A stretch of 64,000 nucleotides of DNA from an uncultured Ruminococcus sp. (GTDB lineage: Bacteria > Bacillota > Clostridia > Oscillospirales > Acutalibacteraceae): assembly GCA_902765625.1 (NCBI GenBank), contig CACXAO010000002.1:1238-65237 (forward strand), read 5' to 3'. Shown one piece after another: positions 39,600 through 49,625 of the stretch. The notes beneath the pieces were generated by a model. It did no database searches, was not told the DNA's origin, and saw nothing but the letters and a program-made list of their open reading frames with translations. Both the position numbers and the translations under genes were made by a program. Position 1 is the first letter of the stretch. The number at the start of each line of letters is the position of its first letter.

Positions 39600-40883
39600 T
39601 TACCCCTTTCCGTATTTTATCAGCTCTATGAACGCCTCTACCCGGATTCTGAGCTGTTCGACATCCTCTTCGTTGTAGTCGCTCTCGACGCGGATGACCG
39701 GGATTTTCAGCTTGCCGAGTTCTTCCTCGAGCGCCTGATATTCGTAGTCATAAACGAGGCATCCGCGCAGAACGTGATAGATTACGCCCTGTACATTGTA
39801 GTCTTTAAGCATCTGCATTATCCTGTAGACCCTCCGCTTGTTGTCGGTGAAGGTCGGGCAGGTGCAGGGGCGCGTGTTTTTGTTGGCGAGCGCACGCATG
39901 ATTCCGTCGGTGCTCCGGTCAACTATTGTCGGAGGATCGTAGGCTCCCCTCTCGCCCATGCAGGTTTCGTCTCCGACAAGCGCTCCGCCCATCTCCTCAA
40001 TAAGAAGCGGCAGCTTGAAGTTCGGGAAAACTATCGGCGAGCCGGTAATGAGTATCCGCGGACGGTTCTCCTTTGAAGCCATCTCGCCGTTCTTGATTTT
40101 TTGCTCAAGCTCGTCGTTGAGCGCGCTCATGTATTCTGTCCAGATTGAAATATGCGTGTAGCTCATGGCGTTCATCACAGCCATGTAGTGGGTTCCCTTG
40201 ATCACAAGAGGAGCCTTGCGCCTTAGTTCGATAAACCGTGACAGCTCGTACTGCGCCGCAGCCGTCAAACCGCACGCCCATGAGAGTCTTTCGTAGCTCA
40301 GCGGCTTGCCCGTAAGCTCTGTCAGCTTTTGGCTGAACAGATACAGCTCTCTGACGTACTGCTCCATATCCTCGTCGCAGTCGCGTCCCGACGGAACGTG
40401 GAGAGCTACGGTGCTGCGGCGCTGACCGAGGTAGCCCGCGAGCTTCTTTTTGCAGTCGCAGGTGATCGGTATCGCCATCATAGAGCACTCCTGATAGACC
40501 GGCATTACGCCGATGCTCTGAAAGCCCATGACAGCCTTGACAAGAGGACAAACGTCGCGCGGCGCGATATCGTCGCCGATATTAAAAGCTGTGTAGCTGC
40601 CTCCGCAGAGCTTTACCGGCATGGCTCCGGCTGCGTAAATCAACTCCTGCGGAACCATTACGCAATAGGTGCCGACGGTGGGAGTGTTTTCGGGCTTTAC
40701 CGCGCCCTGCATATCGACGAACACATGGTGCAAAATATTCATGAACGGCTCGAGAGCCTTTGGCTTATGCGGAAGCTCGTCGATTTTTCTCAGATATTTT
40801 ATGGAAACAGCCGAGGATTTATTGATGAACCGCTGCTTTCTGCGTTCCTCGGCAGAGGTCTTTCTTTCAATATAATCATTCAT
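39600..40883 (-). CDS. HgdAB-family protein of double-cubane-cluster (DCCP) type
   Basis: GTYC, LCGGS, VCPLVK, TCDCKKK, ETCMG, CTCP, GCLVY, ESDY...QLRIRVEAF. Confidence 0.85.
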   Translation of the reverse strand: MNDYIERKTSAEERRKQRFINKSSAVSIKYLRKIDELPHKPKALEPFMNILHHVFVDMQGAVKPENTPTVGTYCVMVPQELIYAAGAMPVKLCGGSYTAFNIGDDIAPRDVCPLVKAVMGFQSIGVMPVYQECSMMAIPITCDCKKKLAGYLGQRRSTVALHVPSGRDCDEDMEQYVRELYLFSQKLTELTGKPLSYERLSWACGLTAAAQYELSRFIELRRKAPLVIKGTHYMAVMNAMSYTHISIWTEYMSALNDELEQKIKNGEMASKENRPRILITGSPIVFPNFKLPLLIEEMGGALVGDETCMGERGAYDPPTIVDRSTDGIMRALANKNTRPCTCPTFTDNKRRVYRIMQMLKDYNVQGVIYHVLRGCLVYDYEYQALEEELGKLKIPVIRVESDYNEEDVEQLRIRVEAFIELIKYGKG

Positions 40884-42615
40884 GGTTTTTTCCTTTCTTT
40901 TTGCGCTTGGGAGGCGCGTACTGCTTCATGAACTTCATTCGGTCGGCGTTGTATACCTTTTTGCCGCAGAAGGTGATTGCGAGAGCGTTGTTCTCGGGAC
41001 AGCGACGGACGCATTCGCCGCACATAATACAGTCGGAGGTGGTTACGTCGATCGCTCTGACGTCGCCCTTGCCCTCGCGGACGGTGAAAACGGACTTGAT
41101 ACCCATCGGGCAAGCCTCGTAGCAGGCTCCGCATTCGGTGCAGGCAACGGCGTCCTTTTTGAGCTTAAAGAGCGAAATCTTGTGGGTGAGTCCGAGGATA
41201 AAGCCGAGCGGACAAACGTTGCAGAAGCATCTGCGCTTGAAGAAGCCGCTGACGAGCACGATGACCATGACAAAACCGCCGAGTCCGAGACTGAGCTTGA
41301 AGCCCGCGAGCGCCGGTGAAAGCGCCATTGCCGGACAGAAGTCGCAGAAGTTGCCGCCGACAAATCCGATTCCGAGGAAGATGATCAGCACGACCCACTT
41401 GACCATTCTGAGCACGGCGTAAAGGCGTTCGTTGAGCGAAATGCCCTCGATGTGGAGCGCCTGACGTGCCTCGTGCGCCACATCCTGAACAAAGCCGAGC
41501 GGACAGACAAAGCCGCAGAGCACTCTGCCGAGGAGCACGGCGCAAACCAAAAAGGTTCCGAAGAATGCGAGTATCTCTTTCCATGAGCTGACAAGCACGT
41601 CGAGGTGACTGAGCATGTAGCAGCCTGAGCTTGTGAGCTGGTCGAGATTATATGGACAGGCAAATACCGGGAGCTGAACGTTTGAAAACACTGTTCCCGT
41701 CAGTCTGCTGCCGAAAATAAGCAGCGCAAAGCTGAGAATCATCACTATCCAGCGGATGGTCTCGAAGCCGAAAACAAAGCGTTTTTTCCTCTTGTCCCTC
41801 GCCATAACGCCCGTTTTGCCGATCGGCAGCTTTTCCTTTTTGTAGAGCAGCTTGCGCAGGAGAACGTCGAGCGTGATGCAGACCGCCGAAATAAGAATGA
41901 TGATTCCGAACGGAAGCATTGCCGACAGCCAGCGTGTTGTAAATATCGTATCCGCTTCAACCTGATAGTTGATTGAATAGGTGTTCATCGTATCGGGGTA
42001 GTATGTAAAGCTCAGACCGCTTCTGACGTCGTTGAGGTTCAGACCCGTGATCTCGCCGTTTTCGTCGGTGGTGAAGGTCTTTTGGGCGCCGTCTGAGAGC
42101 GTTACCGTGATATCAGTGTTTTTGAGCGGCTGAGAGTTATAATAAACCGCGAAGCTCTCTCTGTCCTTGTAGACAACCTCAAACGGGATCTCGTCGCTGA
42201 GGAAGGAGTTCGCCGTGGAGTCGTAGCCCTGAGTGTATTCCATATCAGTCTTGGCGACTCTTGTCACGTTCTCAGTAACGCCGTCGCCGTTTGTATCTTC
42301 CCTGATCCCCGTCTGAACCGCCGCGAAGCTGCCTGCGAAATCTGACGGCAGATTCTCGGTGTAAGCGTCCTCAACAACCGACGTGCCGCCGTAGGTAAGC
42401 GCGTAAACCGTTGTGTTGCTGCCGCCGTGAAGGGTTATAGCGTCGTTGTCGTATGTAAAGGAGAGCGGTTCGCCGTCGCTTACCACACTCAGCGTGGCTC
42501 TTTCGACGGGGTCGTCGTACTGAAAAAACGCAAGGTCAGCCGCGAAATATGCCGCGACGCACAGAGCAACGGCGAAAACGGCAAAGAGTATTTTTCCTGC
42601 TGTCTTGTTTTTCAT
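40876..42615 (-). CDS. Membrane polyferredoxin (NapH/MauN-like) with extracytoplasmic domain
   Basis: GRVLCGFVCPLG, FCDFCP, FCNVCPLG, and two CxxCxxCxxxCP motifs; AGGAGG RBS before ATG 42615. Confidence 0.9.
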   Translation of the reverse strand: MKNKTAGKILFAVFAVALCVAAYFAADLAFFQYDDPVERATLSVVSDGEPLSFTYDNDAITLHGGSNTTVYALTYGGTSVVEDAYTENLPSDFAGSFAAVQTGIREDTNGDGVTENVTRVAKTDMEYTQGYDSTANSFLSDEIPFEVVYKDRESFAVYYNSQPLKNTDITVTLSDGAQKTFTTDENGEITGLNLNDVRSGLSFTYYPDTMNTYSINYQVEADTIFTTRWLSAMLPFGIIILISAVCITLDVLLRKLLYKKEKLPIGKTGVMARDKRKKRFVFGFETIRWIVMILSFALLIFGSRLTGTVFSNVQLPVFACPYNLDQLTSSGCYMLSHLDVLVSSWKEILAFFGTFLVCAVLLGRVLCGFVCPLGFVQDVAHEARQALHIEGISLNERLYAVLRMVKWVVLIIFLGIGFVGGNFCDFCPAMALSPALAGFKLSLGLGGFVMVIVLVSGFFKRRCFCNVCPLGFILGLTHKISLFKLKKDAVACTECGACYEACPMGIKSVFTVREGKGDVRAIDVTTSDCIMCGECVRRCPENNALAITFCGKKVYNADRMKFMKQYAPPKRKKKGKNHE

Positions 42616-42625
42616 AATGCGCCTC

Positions 42626-43888
42626 CTATGCCGTGTGTCTGTACCTTTGCGCAACCAGTCTGCGCTGGGTCAGCATTTCGCCGAACGCCTCCATGCGGAT
42701 CCTGAGCTGCTCCATGTCCTGATATTGATAATCTGTTTCGAGTCTGAATACGGGAATGTTCTTCTTTTCAGCCGCCTTCTCGATTTGCGGAAGCTCGAAG
42801 TCGTACTCGATCTGACCCTTCAAGATATGGCAGACGATTCCGTCGGGCTTTAACTTCTCAATCAGGTTCATTACGTACGAATACATTCCCGTGTTGTAAA
42901 TCCTCGCGCCGGAGGAAATCATGCTCAGGTGTATCTGCGCGATTTTTCTGAGCAGGCTGTCTGCCGAATTGAAACGGTGCGGTCGCGAAACCGTGAGCGC
43001 CGCTTCAAGAGAAAGGCTGTCGGCTACAGCCGCGATGTTCATTCCGGCCGAAGCGATAAGCTGCGGAACCTTGTAGTTTGGGAAAACCAACGGTGAACCG
43101 AGAACAAGGATTCGCGGTCTGTCCTTTCGCCTGACAACATAGTGAGTCGTCAGGTAGTCAAGCTCGTCGCTGAACCGGGAGATGTGAAGCATCCAGTCGT
43201 CAAGACTGTCAGCAAAATACATGCTCTGAGCTGTCAGAATAACCGCTTCGTCCGAGATCATTCCGCCTGCGAGCATTGCGGTATCGAGAAAGCGCCGGCG
43301 CTGTCTGTGCGCCTCCGCAACCTTCTTTGCCGATTCTTTCAGTCGTCTGCCGCTGAAGCGCTTGCCTGTGTGCCTGCCGATAGTCTCAGCGAGTGTGACA
43401 AGCTGCCGTGTGTAATACCTGAGCGAGTTTTCGCTTTGGTCTGCCGGAGGTACGTCGATAGCCGCGACCTTTCTGCCGCTCGAGCGGAGAATCGAAATTA
43501 GCTTGCGCCTGCTGTCGGACGACACTGCCGTTACTATCAACGCGTTTTTGGTAAGGTCAAACTCCGGATTGATCAGCCAACCGATCGACGAGCGGCTGAA
43601 CGGGTCGGTATCGCGCGGAGTAAGCTCGTCAGCCCAGTGAGCTGTCTCGAGACTTCCGCCGAGCACGTAAAACGGACGGTCGCATACCGCGTGGATGATT
43701 TCCGCCGGAATATCGTCGCCGAGCACGATAACCTGCGGATCTCTGCTGCTGAGATAATCCCTGTTGAATCTCGCGCAAGCCGCTGAGCAAAACCAGTTTA
43801 GCTCGTTCAGTGATGGGTTTTCGTTCTGTATTCTTTTTATCGTTTCATTCGCTTCATTAAAAAATGAATTATGCTCCGTATGTTTCAT
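42626..43888 (-). CDS. Degenerate HgdAB/DCCP paralog lacking the Fe-S cysteines
   Basis: Collinear with 39600..40883 (RPRILVLGSPLVFPN, ETDY...EQLRIRMEAF), but the ligand Cys positions are substituted. Confidence 0.85.
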   Translation of the reverse strand: MKHTEHNSFFNEANETIKRIQNENPSLNELNWFCSAACARFNRDYLSSRDPQVIVLGDDIPAEIIHAVCDRPFYVLGGSLETAHWADELTPRDTDPFSRSSIGWLINPEFDLTKNALIVTAVSSDSRRKLISILRSSGRKVAAIDVPPADQSENSLRYYTRQLVTLAETIGRHTGKRFSGRRLKESAKKVAEAHRQRRRFLDTAMLAGGMISDEAVILTAQSMYFADSLDDWMLHISRFSDELDYLTTHYVVRRKDRPRILVLGSPLVFPNYKVPQLIASAGMNIAAVADSLSLEAALTVSRPHRFNSADSLLRKIAQIHLSMISSGARIYNTGMYSYVMNLIEKLKPDGIVCHILKGQIEYDFELPQIEKAAEKKNIPVFRLETDYQYQDMEQLRIRMEAFGEMLTQRRLVAQRYRHTA

Positions 43889-44393
43889 AATATTCCACCG
43901 TCGCGCTCTCTGCTTTTGCGCGTCCTTTCATACATCTCGGGTTAACAAGCAGGCAGTTGTGACGGCATCCGCCGCAGCTCATGTTGCGCAAAAACTGCTC
44001 GAGGGTCGGCACGTCGCCGCTTGTGTCGTTCTGCTCAAATACATATTCATTCTCGTCGTTGCTCTCGGGAGAATAGTCGTTAGTGATGATCTCCTCCGTC
44101 GCGTACTGCTCGGTAACGGCTTCAGTGGGCTGCTGCGTCGTTTCAGGCTCAACGGGAACCGTCGTTACCGGCTGCGTGACCGCGTAGGTCGTGGGACTCT
44201 GGGTTGTAGGCTGAACGGTCGCGGGCTGAGTTGAAGGCTGAGTGGTCTGCGCCGCAGTTGCAGACGGGCTTGTCGCAAGCTCAACCGCACCGCTTGGGTT
44301 GTTTATCATTGTAAACGGCAATCGAATCAGCGCGTATGTGAAGCAAACGCCGACTGTAGCTGCCGAAAATCTCTTTATGATTTTTGTTCTCAT
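43869..44393 (-). CDS. Membrane-anchored protein with Thr/Pro/Gln linker and C-terminal CxxCxxxCx6C motif
   Basis: N-terminal hydrophobic helix; CGGCRHNCLLVNPRC; AGGAGG RBS. Confidence 0.8.
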   Translation of the reverse strand: MRTKIIKRFSAATVGVCFTYALIRLPFTMINNPSGAVELATSPSATAAQTTQPSTQPATVQPTTQSPTTYAVTQPVTTVPVEPETTQQPTEAVTEQYATEEIITNDYSPESNDENEYVFEQNDTSGDVPTLEQFLRNMSCGGCRHNCLLVNPRCMKGRAKAESATVEYYETYGA

Positions 44394-44420
44394 ATGAGTC
44401 ACCTCCTATGTTTTGACTAT

Positions 44421-44452
44421 ATAATACACGCGCTACCTAATACGAACTTAAA
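44421..44452 (-). promoter_or_regulatory. Response-regulator-type promoter of the redox operon
   Basis: Minus strand TTTAAG-N5-ATTAGG direct repeat, 9 nt before a TATTAT -10, with no good -35. Confidence 0.5.
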
Positions 44453-44585
44453 ATAAAAATTAAAGTTTTTAATTTTTTTGAAAAATCCGCCGCTTTGTTA
44501 GTAAGTTGTTATGGTCGGTCTGATATACTGTAGTCACAACATAAGAAAACACAAAATCTACAAGCCAATATATAGAAAGGGTGAT

Positions 44586-45062
44586 ATGATGCGTAGATTC
44601 GAGGTTTTAAGAGCTCAGGAAGCATGGCAGAAGGCAGGCGCTTACTTCGTCAGGGTTCAGGGTATGGACAGAAAATACCATATCTCCCTGCGCGAGGAGT
44701 TCGACGAGCACGACGGCGACGGCTGCAGATACATTGTTCTGACCGAATACGGTTTTCCCGTCGCCACGTGCAGATTTTATGAGCTTGACGAACAGACCGT
44801 GCTTATCGGACGCGTTGTAGTACTTCCCGAATACCGCGGAATGGAGCTTGGCAGAATGGTTATTACCGAAGCCGAGAAGTGGATAGTCGAGCTTGGTTAC
44901 ACCGACATCTGCCTTGACAGCCGCACCGTTGCAATAGGCTTCTACGAAAAGCTCGGCTACTCGCTTGTTGACAACAAAACAATTCTGAGCTGGAAATTTG
45001 ATTGCAAAAGAATGCACAAGGAGTTGAGCCGCAATATGAGCTTGTCTGCTGTGCATGCCTGA
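44586..45062 (+). CDS. GNAT acetyltransferase (YjcF/ElaA-like)
   Basis: EFDEHD, IGRVVVLPEYRGMELG, FYEKLGY. Confidence 0.88.
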   Translation: MMRRFEVLRAQEAWQKAGAYFVRVQGMDRKYHISLREEFDEHDGDGCRYIVLTEYGFPVATCRFYELDEQTVLIGRVVVLPEYRGMELGRMVITEAEKWIVELGYTDICLDSRTVAIGFYEKLGYSLVDNKTILSWKFDCKRMHKELSRNMSLSAVHA

Positions 45063-45343
45063 ACAACAATTACAGATAATTTCCTCTCTTCACATATATA
45101 CCTCCTGTTTTTTTCTGCCACAGGAGGTTTTTATTTTGCCTTTTACAGTAATACTGCGCGGTGAAGGAAAAAATTTGTCAAATTTGCACTCTGTGACTAG
45201 TGACATTATACGTTTTTCGTGATATAATTGTATAAATATCGGTTAATTCCAATAGCGCCTGCGAACCGCTTCGGCGAATAAACGGGATTGATACCGGCAA
45301 AAATCAGCATTATTTATATAAAAAACAATAAAGGGTGGAGTAA

Positions 45344-48097
45344 ATGGCAAAACAAATCAAACGCATTGTTTCAGCGGCGGCGGCGATTTCTCTCGCGGCT
45401 ACCGCAAGCCTGACAGTTTCCGCAAAAGCTCAGTCCGCTTCGAATGTTGACGAGATCGTCTCGGCTTTACACAACAGCGACCTGCAGTATTTTAATCAGG
45501 AGACCATGACAAGCTATCTCGATTACAACCGCACGAAAGACGCGGTCAGTCCCGACAAAGACCATACAATCGACAGCTCGTCGCTTCCGTCTAAGGTCGA
45601 TTTGAGAAACGTTGACGGCAAGTGCTACGTAAGCCCGGTAAAGCTGCAGGATCCGTGGCCTACCTGCTGGAGCTTCGCCGCGATCGCCGCGGCGGAAACA
45701 AGCATTGCTTACGCTCTCAATCACGACTACAACGACAAGAACGCTGAGGACGCTTATATGTTCGAACTCTCGGAGAGGCACCTCGCATGGTTCATGTACA
45801 ACGCGCTTCCCGAGAACAACAAGCTTTTCCCCTCTCAGGCAGGCGAAGGCTTGTATTCTATGAACGACATCTCACTGCTCGACAACCAGCAAAAAAGTGC
45901 CGAGGTTTTCGGAACAGGCGGCTTTATGGCTCCCACAACCACGCTGTTCTCGTCAAGAATCGGTCCCGTCCTCGAAACAGAAGCTCCGTATGAAGGCAAG
46001 GACGCCAAGCTTTACGGAAAGATGATTTCTATTTACTCGCTGAACGTCAAAAGCGACGGTATTACCGACAATTTGTCGATGCGCGGCTTGGTTGTGAACG
46101 CTCCGATGACCGACGAGCAGTTCAACGAAAAAATAGCCCTGCTCGAAGGCGAAGGCTATGTATACGTAACGATGGAGCAGCTGCAGGTTCTTATGACTAC
46201 CGGAGACCCTGCATATGCAGACAAAACGATTATCATCAGCATGTCGCAGCTCGGCAACGGCGACTGGACGGTGGACGAGAGCTTACGTTTTTCTAAGGCT
46301 TATGACCTTGTCGAGAGCAATATTCTCGCTAATCCTGCTCAGACCGGTGAGAACGGCGAATACCTTTACGACGCCAACGCAACCGCGATGATCAAAAACG
46401 AGATCGTCAACGGCAAGGGCGTGACAATCGGCTTAAAGGCAGATCAGGCTAACCCCGGGGACGTTCTCACGGGCGACTCGTTCATCAACTTTATCGACGA
46501 AAACGGTCAGCGCACAACGGACATGGAAAACGCGAAAATCTGGGCGCAGTACACCTACGACAAAAGCTACGATCCCGAGAATCCCGAAGCCGTCAACCGC
46601 AAGGTGTACGATATGAACCACGCGGTGTGCATTGTCGGCTACGACGACAACTTCTCCAAGGAATACTTCAACGACCCCAAAGGCACGCTAAAGGGCAACG
46701 GCGCATGGCTTGCAAAAAACAGCTGGGGCAGCGCGGATAACGATAATCCCTCATTCAGATAATACTGGGGCAACGGCGGCGACGGCTACTTCTGGATCTC
46801 TTACTACGACCAGAGCCTCGGCATTCCCGAAAGCTTCAGCTTTGCCGTCAACACCGAAGAATCGGTTGCGACCAACATAGATATGTATGATTTCATGCCC
46901 GTAGTCAACCGCGACAGGGTTCAGTTTGACAACGACGTGTACATGGCAAACGTATTTACCGCCAAAAACAACTGCACGGTTAGATACATCGGCATCGAAA
47001 CCGTCGACGCGGACACAAAGGTTGAATACAGCGTTTACATCCTCAACGACGGCGCGGCATCGCCCACCGACGGTCACTGCGCCGCAACCGCAGAGATTAC
47101 CTTTGACAACGCCGGCTACCACAAGGTCGACCTCGGAAGATCGCTGCCTATGACCGGCGGATGCAAATACTCGATTATCGCCAAAGCTGTGAACGGAGAC
47201 AAAACCTCAGTATTCTTCAACCACTCCGAAACTCAGGAGGGCTTCGTAAAGTATTACGAGTCGAGAAAAGACCGCTGGGCAGACAACGGCGGCACAGGCT
47301 CATTTAAGCCCGATATGTACTACAGCAAGGGCGTTATCAACTCAGGCGAGAGCTTTGTCGGCTGCGGCAGCGCAGACAATATGCAGTGGGCTGACATGGC
47401 TGACGTTACAACGCGGCTAAAAGCCCTTAACGAAGCCGACGGAACCGATTACTTTACCTACGACAACTTCCCCATCAGAAGCTATCCCGAAACCGAGTTG
47501 TTCTCGGCGGCAAACGTTCTGACCGAGCCTAAGGATACATACGCCGCAGGCAACGTTATCAAGGGAAAGCTTGCTATTACAAACAACACCGAATACGACT
47601 TTAACGAAGCCGCCGAAATTGAGCTTGTGCTTACAATCGGCGCGTCCGGCAAGGAAACCTCAACGGCAAAGGTCAAGGGACTCAAAGCCGGACAGACCCT
47701 CACCTTCGACTACGACTACACGGTAACTCAGCCCGATATTACCGCCGGCAACGTAGTAAGCACGCTTAAAATCAAGGTCAACGGCGAGGATTACGACTAC
47801 AATCCCGTATTCGGAGACACTCTCAGCTTTACCGTAAAAACGACTTACTCCTATGTGTGCGGCGACGCTGACGGCGACGGAAAAATCACCATAAACGATG
47901 TTACCGCCATTCAGAAAAATCTCGCTCAGGTGCCTCAGGACTACTTCAACAAAAAAGCCGCCGACATCGACGGAAAGGGCTTGGATATTACCGACGCTAC
48001 AAGCATTCAGCGCTATCTGGCTGATTACGGCGATTCAAACAACATCGGTAAAACAATTTTCAAAGACAAATACGAGCTGCCGTTTATCCCTGCCTGA
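45344..48097 (+). pseudogene. Secreted C1A cysteine peptidase with dockerin, interrupted by an in-frame TAA at 46760-46762
   Basis: QDPWPTCWSF, NHAVCIVGYDD, KNSWG, then TAA followed in frame by YWGNGGDGYFWISYYD; C-terminal dockerin GDADGDGKITINDVTAIQ. Confidence 0.9.
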
Positions 48098-48126
48098 CAA
48101 AATAATAATAAAGAAAGTGTACTGAA

Positions 48127-49569
48127 ATGATATCATTATTAATTTTCTTTGCCGTATTGCTTGTTGGATTTATCGTTTACGGCAGAGTTACGGAAAAGAT
48201 TTTTTCACCCGACGACCGCAAAACTCCCGCTATAGCGATTAACGACGGAGTTGACTGCGTGCCGATGAAAACATGGAAAGCGTTTCTTGTACAGCTCCTC
48301 AACATTGCCGGTACAGGCCCTATTTTCGGCGCGTTAATGGGTGCGGTATTCGGTCCTGTCGTTTTTCTCTGGATCGTGTTCGGCTCGATCCTAGGCGGCG
48401 CGGTTCACGACTACATGAGCGGCATGATAAGCTCCCGCCACAAAGGCGCGTCAATTGCCGAGCTTTCCGGCACCTATCTCGGAAAAGCTGCAAAATGGAT
48501 TATGCGCGTATTCTCGGTGGTGCTGCTGGTGCTTTGCGGCACTGTGTTCGTTACAAGCCCTGCAGGTCTGCTGGACAAGCTGACTCCCGACTGGATGAAC
48601 GGCACCTTCTGGTCTGTCGTAATTCTTGTATACTACCTTCTCGCAACCCTCTTGCCCATTGATAAGCTTATCGGCAAGCTGTATCCGATCTTCGGCGTGC
48701 TGCTGATTGTTATGGCGGCAGCGGTTATCGGCGGCATCATCTTCTCCGGCGGCAAGTACACAATTCCGGAAATCTCGCTTGAAAACCTGCATCCGGACGG
48801 CACTCCCATCTGGCCGTATATGTTCATTACTGTGGCTTGCGGCGCTGTTTCGGGCTTTCACGCAACTCAGTCGCCGATGATTGCAAAGTGCATAAAGACC
48901 GAAAAAGTCGGCAGAAAAATCTTTTACGGCGCTATGATCAGCGAATCCGTGATCGCCCTCGTCTGGGCAGCGGCAGGCGTTGCGTTTTACGGCACAACAC
49001 AGCTGCTCAACGAAGCCCTTGCCGGCGGCGCGTCGAACGTGGTATACGAGATCTCAACCGGAGTTCTCGGAGTATTCGGCGGCGTACTTGCTGTTGCAGG
49101 CGTTGTTGTCTGCCCGATCACCTCCGGCGACACCGCGTTCAGAAGCGCAAGACTTATTCTCGCGGAGACCTTCCATCTGGAGCAAAAGAAGATCAAAAAC
49201 CGCTTATTGATCACGGTTCCGCTGCTTGTAACAGGCGGTCTGCTGACATGGTTCGCAATCGCCAACGCAAACGGCTTCCAGATCATCTGGCGTTATTTCT
49301 CGTGGAGCAACCAGACGCTCGCGATGATCGCGCTGTGGGTAGCGACAGCGTATCTGCTGAAAAAAGGTAAATACCGCTTCGGCTCTCTGCTGACGGCATT
49401 TCCGGCAGCGTTTATGTCAGCCGTAAGCCTGACCTACATCATGATGGCTTCGGAGGGATTCAGGCTTGGACAGACAGTTTCGTACATCTCGGGAGCAATT
49501 TTCGCGATTACTCTGTTTGTTATTTATCTGGTATTTTTGATCCGCTCGCAAAGAAAGAATAAAAATTAA
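48127..49569 (+). CDS. cstA: Carbon starvation protein A family transporter
   Basis: NIAGTGPIFG, GGAVHDY, ACGAVSGFH, ITSGDTAFR. Confidence 0.92.
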   Translation: MISLLIFFAVLLVGFIVYGRVTEKIFSPDDRKTPAIAINDGVDCVPMKTWKAFLVQLLNIAGTGPIFGALMGAVFGPVVFLWIVFGSILGGAVHDYMSGMISSRHKGASIAELSGTYLGKAAKWIMRVFSVVLLVLCGTVFVTSPAGLLDKLTPDWMNGTFWSVVILVYYLLATLLPIDKLIGKLYPIFGVLLIVMAAAVIGGIIFSGGKYTIPEISLENLHPDGTPIWPYMFITVACGAVSGFHATQSPMIAKCIKTEKVGRKIFYGAMISESVIALVWAAAGVAFYGTTQLLNEALAGGASNVVYEISTGVLGVFGGVLAVAGVVVCPITSGDTAFRSARLILAETFHLEQKKIKNRLLITVPLLVTGGLLTWFAIANANGFQIIWRYFSWSNQTLAMIALWVATAYLLKKGKYRFGSLLTAFPAAFMSAVSLTYIMMASEGFRLGQTVSYISGAIFAITLFVIYLVFLIRSQRKNKN

Positions 49570-49625
49570 AATTCAAAACCGGCGGCAGATATGCTCTGAC
49601 CGCCGGCTTTCATTTTAAAAGCAGC

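Noticed and set aside
38815-43888. Ordinary 2-hydroxyacyl-CoA dehydratase (hgdCAB/fldIBC)
   Set aside because: One subunit has a DCCP-like Cys set, the other has none, and no CoA-pathway genes are adjacent
46760-46762. Stop-codon recoding (Sec, Pyl or alternative code)
   Set aside because: The codon is TAA, the commonest true stop in this window, and no recoding signal was seen
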